Below are positions 29,035 through 39,507 of a stretch of 64,000 nt of DNA, in pieces. The notes beneath the pieces are model-generated. The model saw nothing but the letters and a program-made list of their open reading frames with translations. It did no database searches and was not told where the DNA came from. The translations under genes were made by a program, and so were the position numbers. Origin of the DNA: an uncultured virus (IMG/VR IMGVR_UViG_3300023175_001302) (taxonomy: Duplodnaviria > Heunggongvirae > Uroviricota > Caudoviricetes). The stretch lies in IMG/VR virus record IMGVR_UViG_3300023175_001302; one strand, written 5' to 3'. Positions within the stretch are counted from its first letter, which is position 1; each line of letters starts with the position of its first letter.

Positions 29035-31518
29035 TTACATTGACCATCTTTTTACTGTGTAACTAATTTCTGTAGTCCATCCTGAATCTTGTGTAAAATA
29101 TATTTGTAAGTCATTGCCTAATTCTGCTACAGAATCAAGATTTACTTGTTGCGTTTCAGATAAGAATGTTGTCACATCCCAATTTGGATCTGAGTTTTCA
29201 CAAATAACATCATCTCCAACTTGTATTGTTCTGACATTATCAATTGAATTCATAACTGTTTCTAAGTAGTTATCAATTCTAAACTTTTCATCATTTCTAA
29301 TACGAACAACATCTTGTCTTTTCACATCAAACTGTATATTAGAAAATTCTGTTTCTGGATACATTGCAGCAAACCCATCATTATTAAAGTCTTGCCAGAA
29401 TTCAGTATGGTCATCTGTTAGTTTGGCTTGTGAAATACCATGTGGCCATCCGTTAATAACTTTAAGTTGTCCAGTACGTAAGAACTGTCTACTTGGACTT
29501 TTTTGTATTAGCGAATAATCAACAAAGAATGTTGTGTTTACATCATAAAGATATCTTAAGAATATACCAGTTTCTTCACTGTATACCTTTTTAAATAAAC
29601 TAGAACGTCTACCAGTATGATGTGATAATGCTGATAGATGCTGGTCTGCGAATAACTGATTATATGAGTTTTCTGTGATTACTTCGACATTTCTGCGAGA
29701 ACGAGCATAATATGGTGCTTCAAACTCAGGAACATCAACGTGTTCTACAAATACAGTATCTGCAAAATCAACTTGTTCTGGTGATCCTACACGTTCTTTT
29801 GTATAATATAATGATCTGTGTAGATTGTTATATTCATAATCTGTAAAACTTAGATGACCTTCCCAGTCTCTTTCTCTGATTGTGATTGTCGCCGTCCCGC
29901 CTTCTACATCTGGTTTACCATACATTAACTGTTGTGGTAGCATATCTTGTAGAGCAATTTTTTCAGTTAAAAATATAGGAATAAATGTATCATTATATCT
30001 GAAATACTGATTTACTTCTTCAATAGACATACCATCTACACTTTGTCCTTCCGGTATAGAAGCAAGTCTCGGTTCAAGTGAATCAAACTCTGAGATTATA
30101 AGTTTTAAACTTTGTTGTAAGTCTCTACTATAGTCTACATAATAGTCACCGACTACTAACGGATCACCATTACTTCTTTGATCTGGCTTCTCAATAGGTG
30201 TTGGTATTAAATCTTGTGTGTCTATATCAGTTGTATGGAATTGGAAGTCTTCTAAGTTATAAAAATATTTTACTATGACTTCATCTCTACCATTAATCAG
30301 TGTTTCGTCTGCTAAGTAAATATCACCATGTACTAACGGTTCGCCGCTATAACCATACATACCAACATCAAAATACCAGAATATTAAATTTGGACTTGTT
30401 GCTGGATCAATAATAGAAGCATGGTCATAGACAAATGTTACTTCATCTTCTGTACCTTTGAATTTTGTAATCGTTACTTCCCATCTACCGTTTGAATCGA
30501 ATTCAAATGCATCAACTAAGTTGTCTGCTAGATGGTGCGTTGTACTATTGTTAACGATAGTCGCTTCGCCGGTTGCGTTATGCTCTTTACCAAGTAAACT
30601 CCAACCCCAATTTTTCTTTTTCCAATAACGAACTGCGCCGTCACCAATAACAACTGAAACATCGCCTACGATTCCTTCAGCATCTAATGGTTTAACCATA
30701 TCTCCTGTATAGTCAACATCAGCATTGACTGGCTCGGTAGAACCTGCATCATGTACATTGTCTACTACATGGTGTACCCATTCCGTTCCGTCCCATTCAA
30801 ACAATCCCCATTCAGATTTATTCATATTATAAAAGTCACGTTGCGGTGCGATGTCTTGCGCAAAAATAGGAGTATTATGGCGTAAATATACAGTTACATC
30901 TGTTATGTCTCTGATAGGGTCATATGATGTTGAAACAACAGAACCTTGTGTGTAATCTTCAACGTCAACTACTTCTAAAACTTCACCGTCGCCATTTAAT
31001 GGACCAACGCCAGTAGCAGTAAACTTCACATTGACTTTGTTTTCTTCAGCACCTAGTAATGTGTAATCAGTATTACCCACTACTTTAATTACATAAGTTT
31101 TGCCTTTATCTATTTCAGATGATTTAACTCTGTCATCAGCATAGATAAACTGTTTTAAATAAACAATCTCACCAGGTGTAAATTCGACTTCACCATCCCA
31201 CTCTACATTCTGTAGATAAAAATGCATAGCATTTATCATAACATCTACATCGGGGACACCTCTTATAACTAAGTCTTCGTCAACCTTTAAACCTAGATGC
31301 TGATATGGGTTATCAGAACTATCTAACCATGTTTGAATAATAGCATGTGCGTTGGCAAATACATCGAATTGTACTTCATCAATAGACTCATCAATACCAA
31401 CAAATAATTGATTGGTATCAGTGGTGAAACCCATTTCACCTGTATCTAATGTGTTCACACCAATGTGTTCACGTAACCCACGTCTTAATAGAATTTTTAC
31501 GTTTGTTGTCGCCATCAT
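29035..31518 (-). CDS. Virion structural protein with Mtd-N/hyaluronidase-like N-terminal domain
   Basis: KILLRRG...LDTGEMGFTTDTNQLFVG; late promoter at 31537-31544. Confidence 0.7.
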   Translation of the reverse strand: MMATTNVKILLRRGLREHIGVNTLDTGEMGFTTDTNQLFVGIDESIDEVQFDVFANAHAIIQTWLDSSDNPYQHLGLKVDEDLVIRGVPDVDVMINAMHFYLQNVEWDGEVEFTPGEIVYLKQFIYADDRVKSSEIDKGKTYVIKVVGNTDYTLLGAEENKVNVKFTATGVGPLNGDGEVLEVVDVEDYTQGSVVSTSYDPIRDITDVTVYLRHNTPIFAQDIAPQRDFYNMNKSEWGLFEWDGTEWVHHVVDNVHDAGSTEPVNADVDYTGDMVKPLDAEGIVGDVSVVIGDGAVRYWKKKNWGWSLLGKEHNATGEATIVNNSTTHHLADNLVDAFEFDSNGRWEVTITKFKGTEDEVTFVYDHASIIDPATSPNLIFWYFDVGMYGYSGEPLVHGDIYLADETLINGRDEVIVKYFYNLEDFQFHTTDIDTQDLIPTPIEKPDQRSNGDPLVVGDYYVDYSRDLQQSLKLIISEFDSLEPRLASIPEGQSVDGMSIEEVNQYFRYNDTFIPIFLTEKIALQDMLPQQLMYGKPDVEGGTATITIRERDWEGHLSFTDYEYNNLHRSLYYTKERVGSPEQVDFADTVFVEHVDVPEFEAPYYARSRRNVEVITENSYNQLFADQHLSALSHHTGRRSSLFKKVYSEETGIFLRYLYDVNTTFFVDYSLIQKSPSRQFLRTGQLKVINGWPHGISQAKLTDDHTEFWQDFNNDGFAAMYPETEFSNIQFDVKRQDVVRIRNDEKFRIDNYLETVMNSIDNVRTIQVGDDVICENSDPNWDVTTFLSETQQVNLDSVAELGNDLQIYFTQDSGWTTEISYTVKRWSM

Positions 31519-31529
31519 GTAACTCCTAA

Positions 31530-32225
31530 TTACATGTATTTATCAAAATATGCTTGAACCTTCTCCGCCCATTCTAACGAATATTTTTCAAACTCTTCTC
31601 CTTCAACGACAAACTCCTGATAATTTCCTAGATTATCTGCTTCTGCATCCCAACCAATCATCATAATGACAATCGTTTTAATATCAGTTCCATATAATTC
31701 ATTATGTGCTGCTGCGTATGCCGCACCCTGTAGAAAGTAATCATCGATCCATTCACGTTTCTTTGGCTTGCGTGTAGTCTTAAAGTCAATGATAGCAGGC
31801 TTACCTTTATATACACCAACACAGTCTGTTGTACCAGCATACAGTCCAGGATAGTATAGCGGAACTTCTGTTCCCCAAACTTCATCAACACTAGACAATC
31901 CTTCTCTAATAACAATGTCAGATAGTTCTTTTGCCATCTGATGAATTAGATTATTTCCGTCCGGACGATTTTCTTCAAGTATGAATTTTTCTAAATGTAA
32001 GTGAACTTGTGTACCAATACCAGTAGCAAGTCTCATAATTCGATCCGCTTCTTCATCACCAACACGCTTTCGCCATTCGTGTAGTGCTGTCTTATCTTTT
32101 AACGCACTTAAAACAGTTGTAACGCTTGGTAATGGTTTGCCCCCTGGCGTTTGATAGTGACGGGAACCGTTCACATTCACTCGCTCCAGGGGGCTATATG
32201 TATAAGTTTCTTTTAGCATACACAT
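31530..32225 (-). CDS. PD-(D/E)XK exonuclease (Cas4/lambda-exo-like)
   Basis: LPSVTTVLS, GTQVH, E..LY, AGTTD, IIDFKT and LQGAAYA. Confidence 0.85.
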   Translation of the reverse strand: MCMLKETYTYSPLERVNVNGSRHYQTPGGKPLPSVTTVLSALKDKTALHEWRKRVGDEEADRIMRLATGIGTQVHLHLEKFILEENRPDGNNLIHQMAKELSDIVIREGLSSVDEVWGTEVPLYYPGLYAGTTDCVGVYKGKPAIIDFKTTRKPKKREWIDDYFLQGAAYAAAHNELYGTDIKTIVIMMIGWDAEADNLGNYQEFVVEGEEFEKYSLEWAEKVQAYFDKYM

Positions 32226-32248
32226 AGTATACTATATTTTAAAATGAA

Positions 32249-32743
32249 TTACAAGTGTTTTGTTAATTCTTCAATCATTTTTGCTTTTGTATGTCTGCGG
32301 TCTAGTTGAACACCTAGATTTTCTTCTGCCCATAGATCAATTTCTTTTTTAGTCATAGACATAAAATCCGGTGGATCAGGTGCAAACTGTACAGTAGCTA
32401 CATGCATATCTTTTGTATCTACTACTATGGGATCCACAGAAGTAGTAACAACCAATTCTTCAGTTGCTTGAACTTTTGCTTCAGTTAGTTTCTCTATTTC
32501 AGCAGTTGCTTGTTCTAGCTTTTCTTTTACTAAACGATCATGTTCTTCTTTTTCACGTTGTACTTTAGCAAGATATTTTCTACTTTCTTTTATTTCCAAT
32601 ATCTCTCTGCGTTTTGCTGCTACTTCTGGAGGTAGAGCATTAAGTGGATCAGATTTTGCTGCTGCTGCTTTTTCGATAAATTTTGTCATTTCTTTTTTAG
32701 AAATAACTTCAATATCTTTATTTCCTTTAATAATAAGTGGCAT
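32249..32743 (-). CDS. Hypothetical protein
   Basis: ORF in the late operon. Confidence 0.65.
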   Translation of the reverse strand: MPLIIKGNKDIEVISKKEMTKFIEKAAAAKSDPLNALPPEVAAKRREILEIKESRKYLAKVQREKEEHDRLVKEKLEQATAEIEKLTEAKVQATEELVVTTSVDPIVVDTKDMHVATVQFAPDPPDFMSMTKKEIDLWAEENLGVQLDRRHTKAKMIEELTKHL

Positions 32744-32745
32744 GA

Positions 32746-33057
32746 TTATATCCTCTTCTGTGTTGCTTTTTTAGCAAGTCTTTTAACTGCTTCACGTGAT
32801 GTATCATCATTGCTAGAGGTTGGGGCTCCTTCTAGTTCGATGCTATCAATTGTAACATTCTGTACATATTTGCTACTACCTAATAAATCAACTAAACTTT
32901 CAGGTGTAACAGAATGTCCCAAATCTTCTAATTCACGTACCATAATATCAGTACCAATACTAGGAATACCATTGGCTTTTAAGCGAACCAAATACACATT
33001 GATATCATTCATAAGTTGCGATTTATAATTTTCGCTTAAAAGTGTAGATATTTTCAT
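32746..33057 (-). CDS. Hypothetical protein
   Basis: ORF beginning MKISTLLSE. Confidence 0.65.
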   Translation of the reverse strand: MKISTLLSENYKSQLMNDINVYLVRLKANGIPSIGTDIMVRELEDLGHSVTPESLVDLLGSSKYVQNVTIDSIELEGAPTSSNDDTSREAVKRLAKKATQKRI

Positions 33058-34397
33058 TATCTTTTTGCTCTTCCTAGTGGTTCATCTTCTGGACCAGACA
33101 TTGATTCATCACCGCCCATAATATCAGATTCTATATCTGATTCCATGTCATCGGCCATATCGCCGCCTAATTCTGCATCTGTGGCTGCCATATCTGAAGC
33201 AGGAGCTTCTCCTGACAGTACTAGCACTGCGTCATTTACTGCATCTTTTGCTGAACGTGCGTTATCTAGTAGACCTGCTACTGCGCCATCTACTGATGAC
33301 TTAAATGATGCTGCTACTTCAGGACCATGTGAATATGACATTTCATCTGTAAGTGGTCCTAATTGATCGTTTTGAATTTTACCTAGCTTTTCAATCATAT
33401 CTTGTAGTTCGTCTACGATACCACGTGCAGCCATTGTAATTTCTGCTTCTGCCGCATCACCTTCTAGTAGTGCGTTCAGTTGGGCTAGTAGACCTTCTTC
33501 TAGCTTTTCTTTTTTCATTTTGTATTCCTTTGGTGCTTCATATGAGTTATCATACTTTGTTGTGTTAGTATCGAACTTTGGTGTTTCCGATTCTGTATAT
33601 AGTGGATTAGTATCATGTGTATACGGATCAGCAGGTTTGCGTGATGTATTTTTGATAATCTTTCCTTTTTCTATATTAGAAATTTGTGCTTTATCACCAG
33701 TCAAACGCTTTGCAGTTGCTTGATCCAATCCTGCCAAAAACTTGTTGATTTTGATTTGGTTGTTAGACGCTTTGACTTTCGCCCACTCAGCATCAACATC
33801 TTCTGTTGTGTATCTCTTAGGATCCAGTTTATATCTACCTTTATCGCCTGGATTTGTTCCAGGAGTTGTGTATCTCTTAGGATCCAGTTTATCTCTACCT
33901 TTATCACGTGATTTTGTTAAATCAGGACCTGGACCTTTTTTTAAGTACTTGCGGGTATATGCGTCAGTTGCTTTCCCAATAGGATCATTTGTTTTTTCAT
34001 TTGTTTTTTCTGCTTTTGCTGCATGTACTGCTTTACGCTGTGCGTCACTTTTGTACTTGCCTTCATCAGTCTTTTGCTTTTTCTTTAAATCATTCTTGCC
34101 TTTTCCATCTTCTGCATAGTCTGGAATGCCATTCTTATTTGCGTCTGGCTTCTTCTTTTCTGCTAGATGTGCTTTTAATAGAACACGAACTGTTTCAAGC
34201 ATTAGCATATTTTCAATATATGCACGGTCTTGATAATCAGAACGCATTGATTTTTTCTTTTCTTCTAACGCTACTTTTGCTTCACGCAGAGATTGTAAAT
34301 CGCTTTCGATTTCATAACCAAAGTTTGATTTCATATACTCATTTAGTCGAGTAGAAATCACAACTGGGTTAGTATTATAAAAAATTGTTTTTCTCAT
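33057..34397 (-). CDS. Hypothetical late protein (possible prohead core/scaffold)
   Basis: Late promoter at 34431-34438, acidic C-terminus and a low-complexity middle region. Confidence 0.6.
   Translation of the reverse strand: MRKTIFYNTNPVVISTRLNEYMKSNFGYEIESDLQSLREAKVALEEKKKSMRSDYQDRAYIENMLMLETVRVLLKAHLAEKKKPDANKNGIPDYAEDGKGKNDLKKKQKTDEGKYKSDAQRKAVHAAKAEKTNEKTNDPIGKATDAYTRKYLKKGPGPDLTKSRDKGRDKLDPKRYTTPGTNPGDKGRYKLDPKRYTTEDVDAEWAKVKASNNQIKINKFLAGLDQATAKRLTGDKAQISNIEKGKIIKNTSRKPADPYTHDTNPLYTESETPKFDTNTTKYDNSYEAPKEYKMKKEKLEEGLLAQLNALLEGDAAEAEITMAARGIVDELQDMIEKLGKIQNDQLGPLTDEMSYSHGPEVAASFKSSVDGAVAGLLDNARSAKDAVNDAVLVLSGEAPASDMAATDAELGGDMADDMESDIESDIMGGDESMSGPEDEPLGRAKR
33805..33905. repeat. In-frame direct repeat, 41 bp x2 with a 60 bp period
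   Basis: gttgtgtatctcttaggatccagtttat(a/c)tctacctttatc occurs twice and encodes DKGR(D/Y)KLDPKRYTT. Confidence 0.9.
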
Positions 34398-34459
34398 GGT
34401 ATTTGCCCCAATACATAAAGTTATATTATGTATTTATCATTTAAGTTTACTTTTGGAAT

Positions 34460-35086
34460 TTACTTTACAGACTCATATATAGATTTTATTTTAGTCTTTA
34501 TACTAGCTGCTTCAGATTTTGAACGTGAAAATCTTGCTTCTAAAATATCCATTTTTGTAAAATCATTATTCTTTTTAGCTTTCTTCCAAGAGCCTTTATG
34601 CTGTAAAGCATCAAAGTACGATTGTTCAAATAGAGCATTTGTTGCCATAACTTTTGTTATTTCTGGCGAGTTGATTTTCTTTCCTTCGTTGAGATATTTT
34701 GTGATAACGAATGCACTTTCATATAGGCATAAGCCTTCAAATAAAGTATCGTTTGTACGGCTATCTCTAATGTCATAATACCCATCGTCAGTTTTCTCCA
34801 CAGAAAATAATCCTACTTTCACGCCGTTTGGAGTCTTAACTGACTCATTTATTGTTGTAGCAACTTTTTTAGAAACATTTGTCGATGCCGAATTAAACGC
34901 ACTTAAAATGTTTTCCATTGCTTTAATATCTGCTTCTTTCACACCTGGTGAAGTATCAATAATACCAGCATCCTCTCTCGCTTGTCTTTCAGTAGCCGCT
35001 TGTTGCTGAACACCGCTCTTGTCTCCGTTAAGTGCTTTCATTATGTTCGCCATAGCGTCTACATCTTTTCTGCTAGGTGCTGTCAT
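34460..35086 (-). CDS. Hypothetical protein
   Basis: ORF with GGAGG SD. Confidence 0.7.
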   Translation of the reverse strand: MTAPSRKDVDAMANIMKALNGDKSGVQQQAATERQAREDAGIIDTSPGVKEADIKAMENILSAFNSASTNVSKKVATTINESVKTPNGVKVGLFSVEKTDDGYYDIRDSRTNDTLFEGLCLYESAFVITKYLNEGKKINSPEITKVMATNALFEQSYFDALQHKGSWKKAKKNNDFTKMDILEARFSRSKSEAASIKTKIKSIYESVK

Positions 35087-35097
35087 TTCTTCCTCCG

Positions 35098-35292
35098 TTA
35101 GTTTACACGATAGCCACGTATAGTTGGTACTAGAACACCCTTGTGAACTAGACCATCAACTATCACACATTCACGTTCTGATAGTTGTGTTTCATTTACA
35201 TATTCGTTTTCTGAAAAGAATTTAGTAATTAAATCATTCTCTTCTTCAGTGACCATAACATATATGCCACCTAAAACTTCTGTAAGTCTCAT
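35098..35292 (-). CDS. Hypothetical protein
   Basis: ORF with AGGAG SD. Confidence 0.65.
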   Translation of the reverse strand: MRLTEVLGGIYVMVTEEENDLITKFFSENEYVNETQLSERECVIVDGLVHKGVLVPTIRGYRVN

Positions 35293-35301
35293 TCAAACTC
35301 C

Positions 35302-35832
35302 TTATTGTTTGTTTAGCTTATTTAACAAACTTCTAAACTGTGGTGCTGTCTTAGGATCACTTGCTAATGCTCCTACAGACGATGCTTGCTGTGCCATCGC
35401 TTTTCGTTGTATAGGTGTTAGTGGCTGTCCGGCACTTGCTTTATCTAATGCCGATGCTGCCTGGTTTGGAGTAACATCACCTATATTTTTTTTACCTAAT
35501 TTTGCCATACCTTGAACTGTTTGCGCTCTTGTTTTAGCATCTGGCATTTGCTGTGCTTGTGCCGCTTGTTGTCTACCCTTCATCTCACTCGGAGATAAAG
35601 TTCCACCAGTAGAGTACTGTTCGCCAATACCAAGACCAAGAATTTCTTGTGCTTCTGATTTGTTTTGATCACGTAATGCTCTCATTAGGTCTACATATTC
35701 TTTAAATCCAAGAGATTTCATTCTTTTACGCACATCATCATCTGAAGCACCAACTAAATCAGCAATTCCTGTTAGTCTTGTGTTATATGTTTCTGTAAAC
35801 ATACTCTTTTGTATATCTTCTTTTAAGCCCAT
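35302..35832 (-). CDS. Hypothetical protein
   Basis: ORF in operon. Confidence 0.65.
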   Translation of the reverse strand: MGLKEDIQKSMFTETYNTRLTGIADLVGASDDDVRKRMKSLGFKEYVDLMRALRDQNKSEAQEILGLGIGEQYSTGGTLSPSEMKGRQQAAQAQQMPDAKTRAQTVQGMAKLGKKNIGDVTPNQAASALDKASAGQPLTPIQRKAMAQQASSVGALASDPKTAPQFRSLLNKLNKQ

Positions 35833-35843
35833 CTTCTTCTCGC

Positions 35844-36122
35844 TTATTTGTTCAGCATCTTTAGACGCTTACTTGCTGGGTTCATACGCTTTGTCATTTT
35901 TGCTTTTCTAGCCATTCTTGATCCCAGTCTTGCTTTTGTACGTGCTAGTGTAAAACGCTTTTTAACATCTACAGGCTTGAAGCAGGCTGCTGGATTACCA
36001 ACAGTCTTGCCTTTTAATCTACCAGAAGAACAACGATATTTGCGAACAACTTGTTTACCCTTACGAGCATATACCATTTTCGCTTCGTATACTTCCTCAC
36101 CTATGATCTCTTCAATAAGCAT
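35844..36122 (-). CDS. Basic hypothetical protein
   Basis: Lys/Arg-rich after an acidic N-terminus MLIEEIIGEE. Confidence 0.65.
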   Translation of the reverse strand: MLIEEIIGEEVYEAKMVYARKGKQVVRKYRCSSGRLKGKTVGNPAACFKPVDVKKRFTLARTKARLGSRMARKAKMTKRMNPASKRLKMLNK

Positions 36123-36370
36123 TATATCACCTTAAATACTGATGTTAGTAGAGCAATTAACAGAGTACCGAATAGAGTAGAACTTGCCCAAACAACAACT
36201 TTTTTCAATTCTGAAAATTGTTCTTTAGTATCAATATTGTTTCTTTCTATTAGGTTTTCTAGTCGTTGTATTGACTCGTCTAACTTTTTAAATCTTTCGT
36301 GGTTAACTGCTACATGAGTTTCTAAACTCTGCATTTCTAATTCAGCTAACTTTGGTTCTGTTGAAGCCAT
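36122..36370 (-). CDS. Coiled-coil protein with a C-terminal TM helix
   Basis: Start MASTEP after GGAG SD and a late promoter; hydrophobic C-terminus. Confidence 0.6.
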   Translation of the reverse strand: MASTEPKLAELEMQSLETHVAVNHERFKKLDESIQRLENLIERNNIDTKEQFSELKKVVVWASSTLFGTLLIALLTSVFKVI

Positions 36371-36432
36371 TGCTTTCTCCAATGTTTCTTTATTGTATTT
36401 ATCATTGGAGTTTGATATATTTATCTACGCAT

Positions 36433-36456
36433 AAAAAAAGGACCCGAAGGTCCTTT
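36433..36456 (-). terminator. Rho-independent terminator
   Basis: AAGGACC-TTCG-GGTCCTTTTTTT with a UUCG tetraloop. Confidence 0.85.
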
Positions 36457-36480
36457 ATAATATTAATTTTTTAAATAAAT

Positions 36481-36870
36481 TTATAGTAATTCTGACATTT
36501 CAAATTCTATTGTGATTTGGTCTAATGCGACTCCATCAATATTAACGTTGTAAAATACTTCTTTTAATACTGCTACTGCGTCTCCGTTACGAGCAAAAAC
36601 GCCACCATGTTCTACAGCGAATTTAAATACCATGCCAGGTCCCACTAGTGTAGGGGCTAGACCTGTTAAGTCTACCGGAATTGGGTCATTCATAATTACA
36701 GGCTGTGAAACTAGATTAATTAAGTTACATATATCGTCAAAGTTTTGTTGTGACTGATCTAAAATATTACCTGTCGCTGTGATATCTAATTGCTTTAGAT
36801 AAATGGTATAAAAGTTTAAGTTGCCAGATAAGTTCTCTCCAGAACTTGCTGTTCCATGTACTCTTGCCAT
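36481..36870 (-). CDS. Putative virion structural protein
   Basis: Own late promoter and terminator; N-terminus MARVHG..SGENLSGNL resembles 38141..38392. Confidence 0.6.
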   Translation of the reverse strand: MARVHGTASSGENLSGNLNFYTIYLKQLDITATGNILDQSQQNFDDICNLINLVSQPVIMNDPIPVDLTGLAPTLVGPGMVFKFAVEHGGVFARNGDAVAVLKEVFYNVNIDGVALDQITIEFEMSELL

Positions 36871-36912
36871 TTTATTTCTCCAATATTATTAAGTATATTT
36901 ATCTTTATTATA

Positions 36913-38031
36913 TTATGAAGCGTAACCAGAGGTTCCTGATGAGAAAACTCTTTTTGTAGATAGATTACCGATTAATGTAGCATTTCCGCCAGTTGCAATA
37001 ACTCTTTTGTCGATATCATTTCTTGCTCCAGTATGGACGTTACCATTGGCATAACCGCCCATAAAGATAACATATGTTTTGTCAGACATAGCACATCCAC
37101 CGCTTCTGGCTCTACTTATACTACCGCCGCTAATTGCTGTACCGCCTGTATCATATGTAACTGCAGTAATACCACTGTAAACTGTATTATAATTAGCGTG
37201 GCCACCACCTGCCCATAAACCATGAGTATCATCTCCAGCAGCACATGGCCTTGTAGCATCTCTACCTAGATTACCAAAATTAGTGGCAGTACCAACTGTA
37301 TCATAAATTACATAATAACATCTTTGTGTTCCACCATAATCATCTTGGTGAGATCCCATACCGGATAGACCTTTGGTATCATTTCCTGCCATAGCATCGT
37401 CTGTTACAAACTTAGTTGGTAGATCGGCAAAGTGTTGAGTATTGCCACCCGTAGCTAATGCCATCCATTCGAACTTATTATAGCGATCAGCGTTATTACC
37501 TCTCCATACACCACGTATACCATTGCCTGCAGCTGAACCACGCTGTGCATCATTATTTGTAAGACTATCACCAAATGATGAGGAATCGCCTCCTGTAGGA
37601 ATTGACCATTTATGCATTGAAGTGCCACCAGCTGGCATTACAGCATAAGAACCTGTAGTAACAGCATGATCTCCAAATGCTGCCTGGGAAGTAAGATTTG
37701 CGTGTGATGTTGTAGATATATCGGTAGATATATTAATAGAGTCTACAGATGATCTTGCTGCTGAATCCCAACCGCCTGCTACTTGTCCTAAAGCACCGGC
37801 CCACGTAGCAGGAGCAAACTGCACCGGAAGAGCATCTAAGTCATCTGTTAGTTGACTTAAATCTGTTGGGAGTTCAGACATCAATGCCACTGGGTGTCCC
37901 CCAATTGTAGCCCCATCGTGTAATACAAGAGTTTTTCTTTCTGTATCATATGTGATTTCACCTTGAGCACCGGTGAAAGTTTCGTGTTGTGCTGTTGTGC
38001 CACGTCTAAATTGAATTTTGAAGGTTGACAT
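36913..38031 (-). CDS. Tail-fibre-like protein with Mtd-N domain and Gly-rich repeats
   Basis: IQFRRGTTAQHETFTGAQGEITYDT..TLVLHDG; repeated (A/D)TGG-N/T-A...FG.L units. Confidence 0.75.
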   Translation of the reverse strand: MSTFKIQFRRGTTAQHETFTGAQGEITYDTERKTLVLHDGATIGGHPVALMSELPTDLSQLTDDLDALPVQFAPATWAGALGQVAGGWDSAARSSVDSINISTDISTTSHANLTSQAAFGDHAVTTGSYAVMPAGGTSMHKWSIPTGGDSSSFGDSLTNNDAQRGSAAGNGIRGVWRGNNADRYNKFEWMALATGGNTQHFADLPTKFVTDDAMAGNDTKGLSGMGSHQDDYGGTQRCYYVIYDTVGTATNFGNLGRDATRPCAAGDDTHGLWAGGGHANYNTVYSGITAVTYDTGGTAISGGSISRARSGGCAMSDKTYVIFMGGYANGNVHTGARNDIDKRVIATGGNATLIGNLSTKRVFSSGTSGYAS

Positions 38032-38140
38032 GATTATTTCTCCCAAAAAATCTTCTATATGTATTTATCAGATTATAGGCATAAAAAAAGACCCAATACT
38101 AAGTATTGGATCTCTTTTGTCTGGGGGGGTTAATAACGAC

Positions 38141-38392
38141 TTAGTATGTGAAGTCTGTTACTGTGTAACCTGCACCTAGTGCTGTTTGTAGGCCTGATGC
38201 ATCCCATGCGCCATTGTTTTCAACTGCGATACGTGCGCCGCCTGCACCTAGAATTACTACAGTTGCACGTGTGCCAACTGTTTCTACTAGATGTTTTACA
38301 TCAACTGCTGCTGTATGAGCAACTTCGAAGTGTACTAGTGAACCTGTTAGGAATTGACCTGCGTCATATGATTCGTGTACTTTTGCTACCAT
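38141..38392 (-). CDS. Putative small virion structural protein
   Basis: Own late promoter, strong SD and terminator; similar to 36481..36870. Confidence 0.6.
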   Translation of the reverse strand: MVAKVHESYDAGQFLTGSLVHFEVAHTAAVDVKHLVETVGTRATVVILGAGGARIAVENNGAWDASGLQTALGAGYTVTDFTY

Positions 38393-38456
38393 TTTATTTC
38401 TCCTAAAATTTTTCTGTGAGATATAACATCTCTATACTTTTATTTATCTTTTTTTT

Positions 38457-39290
38457 CTATTTCTTGAGCCTTGGCTGATAGTCTGGTTTAGTTTTTATTG
38501 GATTACTATATGTAGTTTTTCCCATTTGTTTACCTAATCTACCAGCACCATAAATCGCACCTGCGATTGCTGCTCCCTTTACAATAGGATTATTCCAAAT
38601 TCTTTTCTTTTTATCTTTACTATCATCAACTTTAAAGTTACCACGCTTCTGGAACTTTAACAGTGCTTGCATCATTTCACTTCTAGGTGCTTTTGATCTC
38701 ATAAACTGCACCATACGTGTTACTACTAACGCACGTTGATTTTGATTTAGATTATCCCAATCACCTACTAGTCTGCGCATTGATTTAAGAAGACCATCCT
38801 GTACATTAAATTGTCTTTGGAATCTCATAAGCATTTTTTGTTCATAATTTGAATTACTTTTACTAGCACCAATGTGATTTAGATATTGTATGACATCAGT
38901 TCTCATAGGTTTGATACGAGACATGGCAATTTGATCTTTTTCATTATCATATTCTTGGTCTTTGCCCATTAATCTGTTTAATGCTACGTATAAATCAGTT
39001 CCACTTGTTCTGAATGTATCAAAGTTCTTAAATGCGGCAGTACGAGTAGCATACTCTTTGGCTAATGGAGCATAATCGTAATCTTTATTGAAAACATTCA
39101 GCATCATTAGATACATAAAAGATAAATCTGCTGCGTCATCTACATTTACACCACTAGCTACCTTTTTATTTCTAAACAATCTACTTTCTGTAAGTTCATT
39201 AACAAGCTGTAGTTTACTTTTCTTTTCTTCTACACTGTGTCCGCCATACATAGCAGCCCACTCTTGGTTTGTATATTTTTTATCAGTCAT
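38457..39290 (-). CDS. Hypothetical protein
   Basis: ORF in the late operon. Confidence 0.65.
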   Translation of the reverse strand: MTDKKYTNQEWAAMYGGHSVEEKKSKLQLVNELTESRLFRNKKVASGVNVDDAADLSFMYLMMLNVFNKDYDYAPLAKEYATRTAAFKNFDTFRTSGTDLYVALNRLMGKDQEYDNEKDQIAMSRIKPMRTDVIQYLNHIGASKSNSNYEQKMLMRFQRQFNVQDGLLKSMRRLVGDWDNLNQNQRALVVTRMVQFMRSKAPRSEMMQALLKFQKRGNFKVDDSKDKKKRIWNNPIVKGAAIAGAIYGAGRLGKQMGKTTYSNPIKTKPDYQPRLKK

Positions 39291-39507
39291 GTTTTGACTC
39301 CAATATCTTTGCTAGTTCAATAATTTTATCACTAGCATATGTTTGAAAATATCTAGGCGCAAAGCTGTGTATGAACAGAGCAATTTCTGCTTTTTTCAAT
39401 TGAATTAAGAACCACCAAGCAAAACGAAAGTGCTGCCAACGTGTCATCTTTACTTCTTCTAAATGTGCTTTACACTGTTTACTAAACATATCAATCTCTC
39501 GGCGCAA
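39283..39507 (-). CDS. Hypothetical protein
   Basis: HLEEVKMTRWQHFRFA; overlapping ORF. Confidence 0.55.
   Translation of the reverse strand: MRREIDMFSKQCKAHLEEVKMTRWQHFRFAWWFLIQLKKAEIALFIHSFAPRYFQTYASDKIIELAKILESKHD

Noticed and set aside
31530..32225. Cas4-like nuclease as evidence of a CRISPR-Cas system
   Set aside because: Stand-alone PD-(D/E)XK exonucleases are common in phages; there is no Fe-S cysteine cluster, array or other cas gene in the window.
33805..33905. 41-bp direct repeat with a 19-bp spacer resembling a mini CRISPR array
   Set aside because: Only two copies, a 60-bp in-frame period inside a coding region, and no leader or cas operon; it is a peptide duplication.
36913..38031. 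Mtd-like fibre as the target of a diversity-generating retroelement
   Set aside because: No reverse transcriptase and no template/variable repeat pair is visible in the window; only the generic N-terminal Mtd domain is present.
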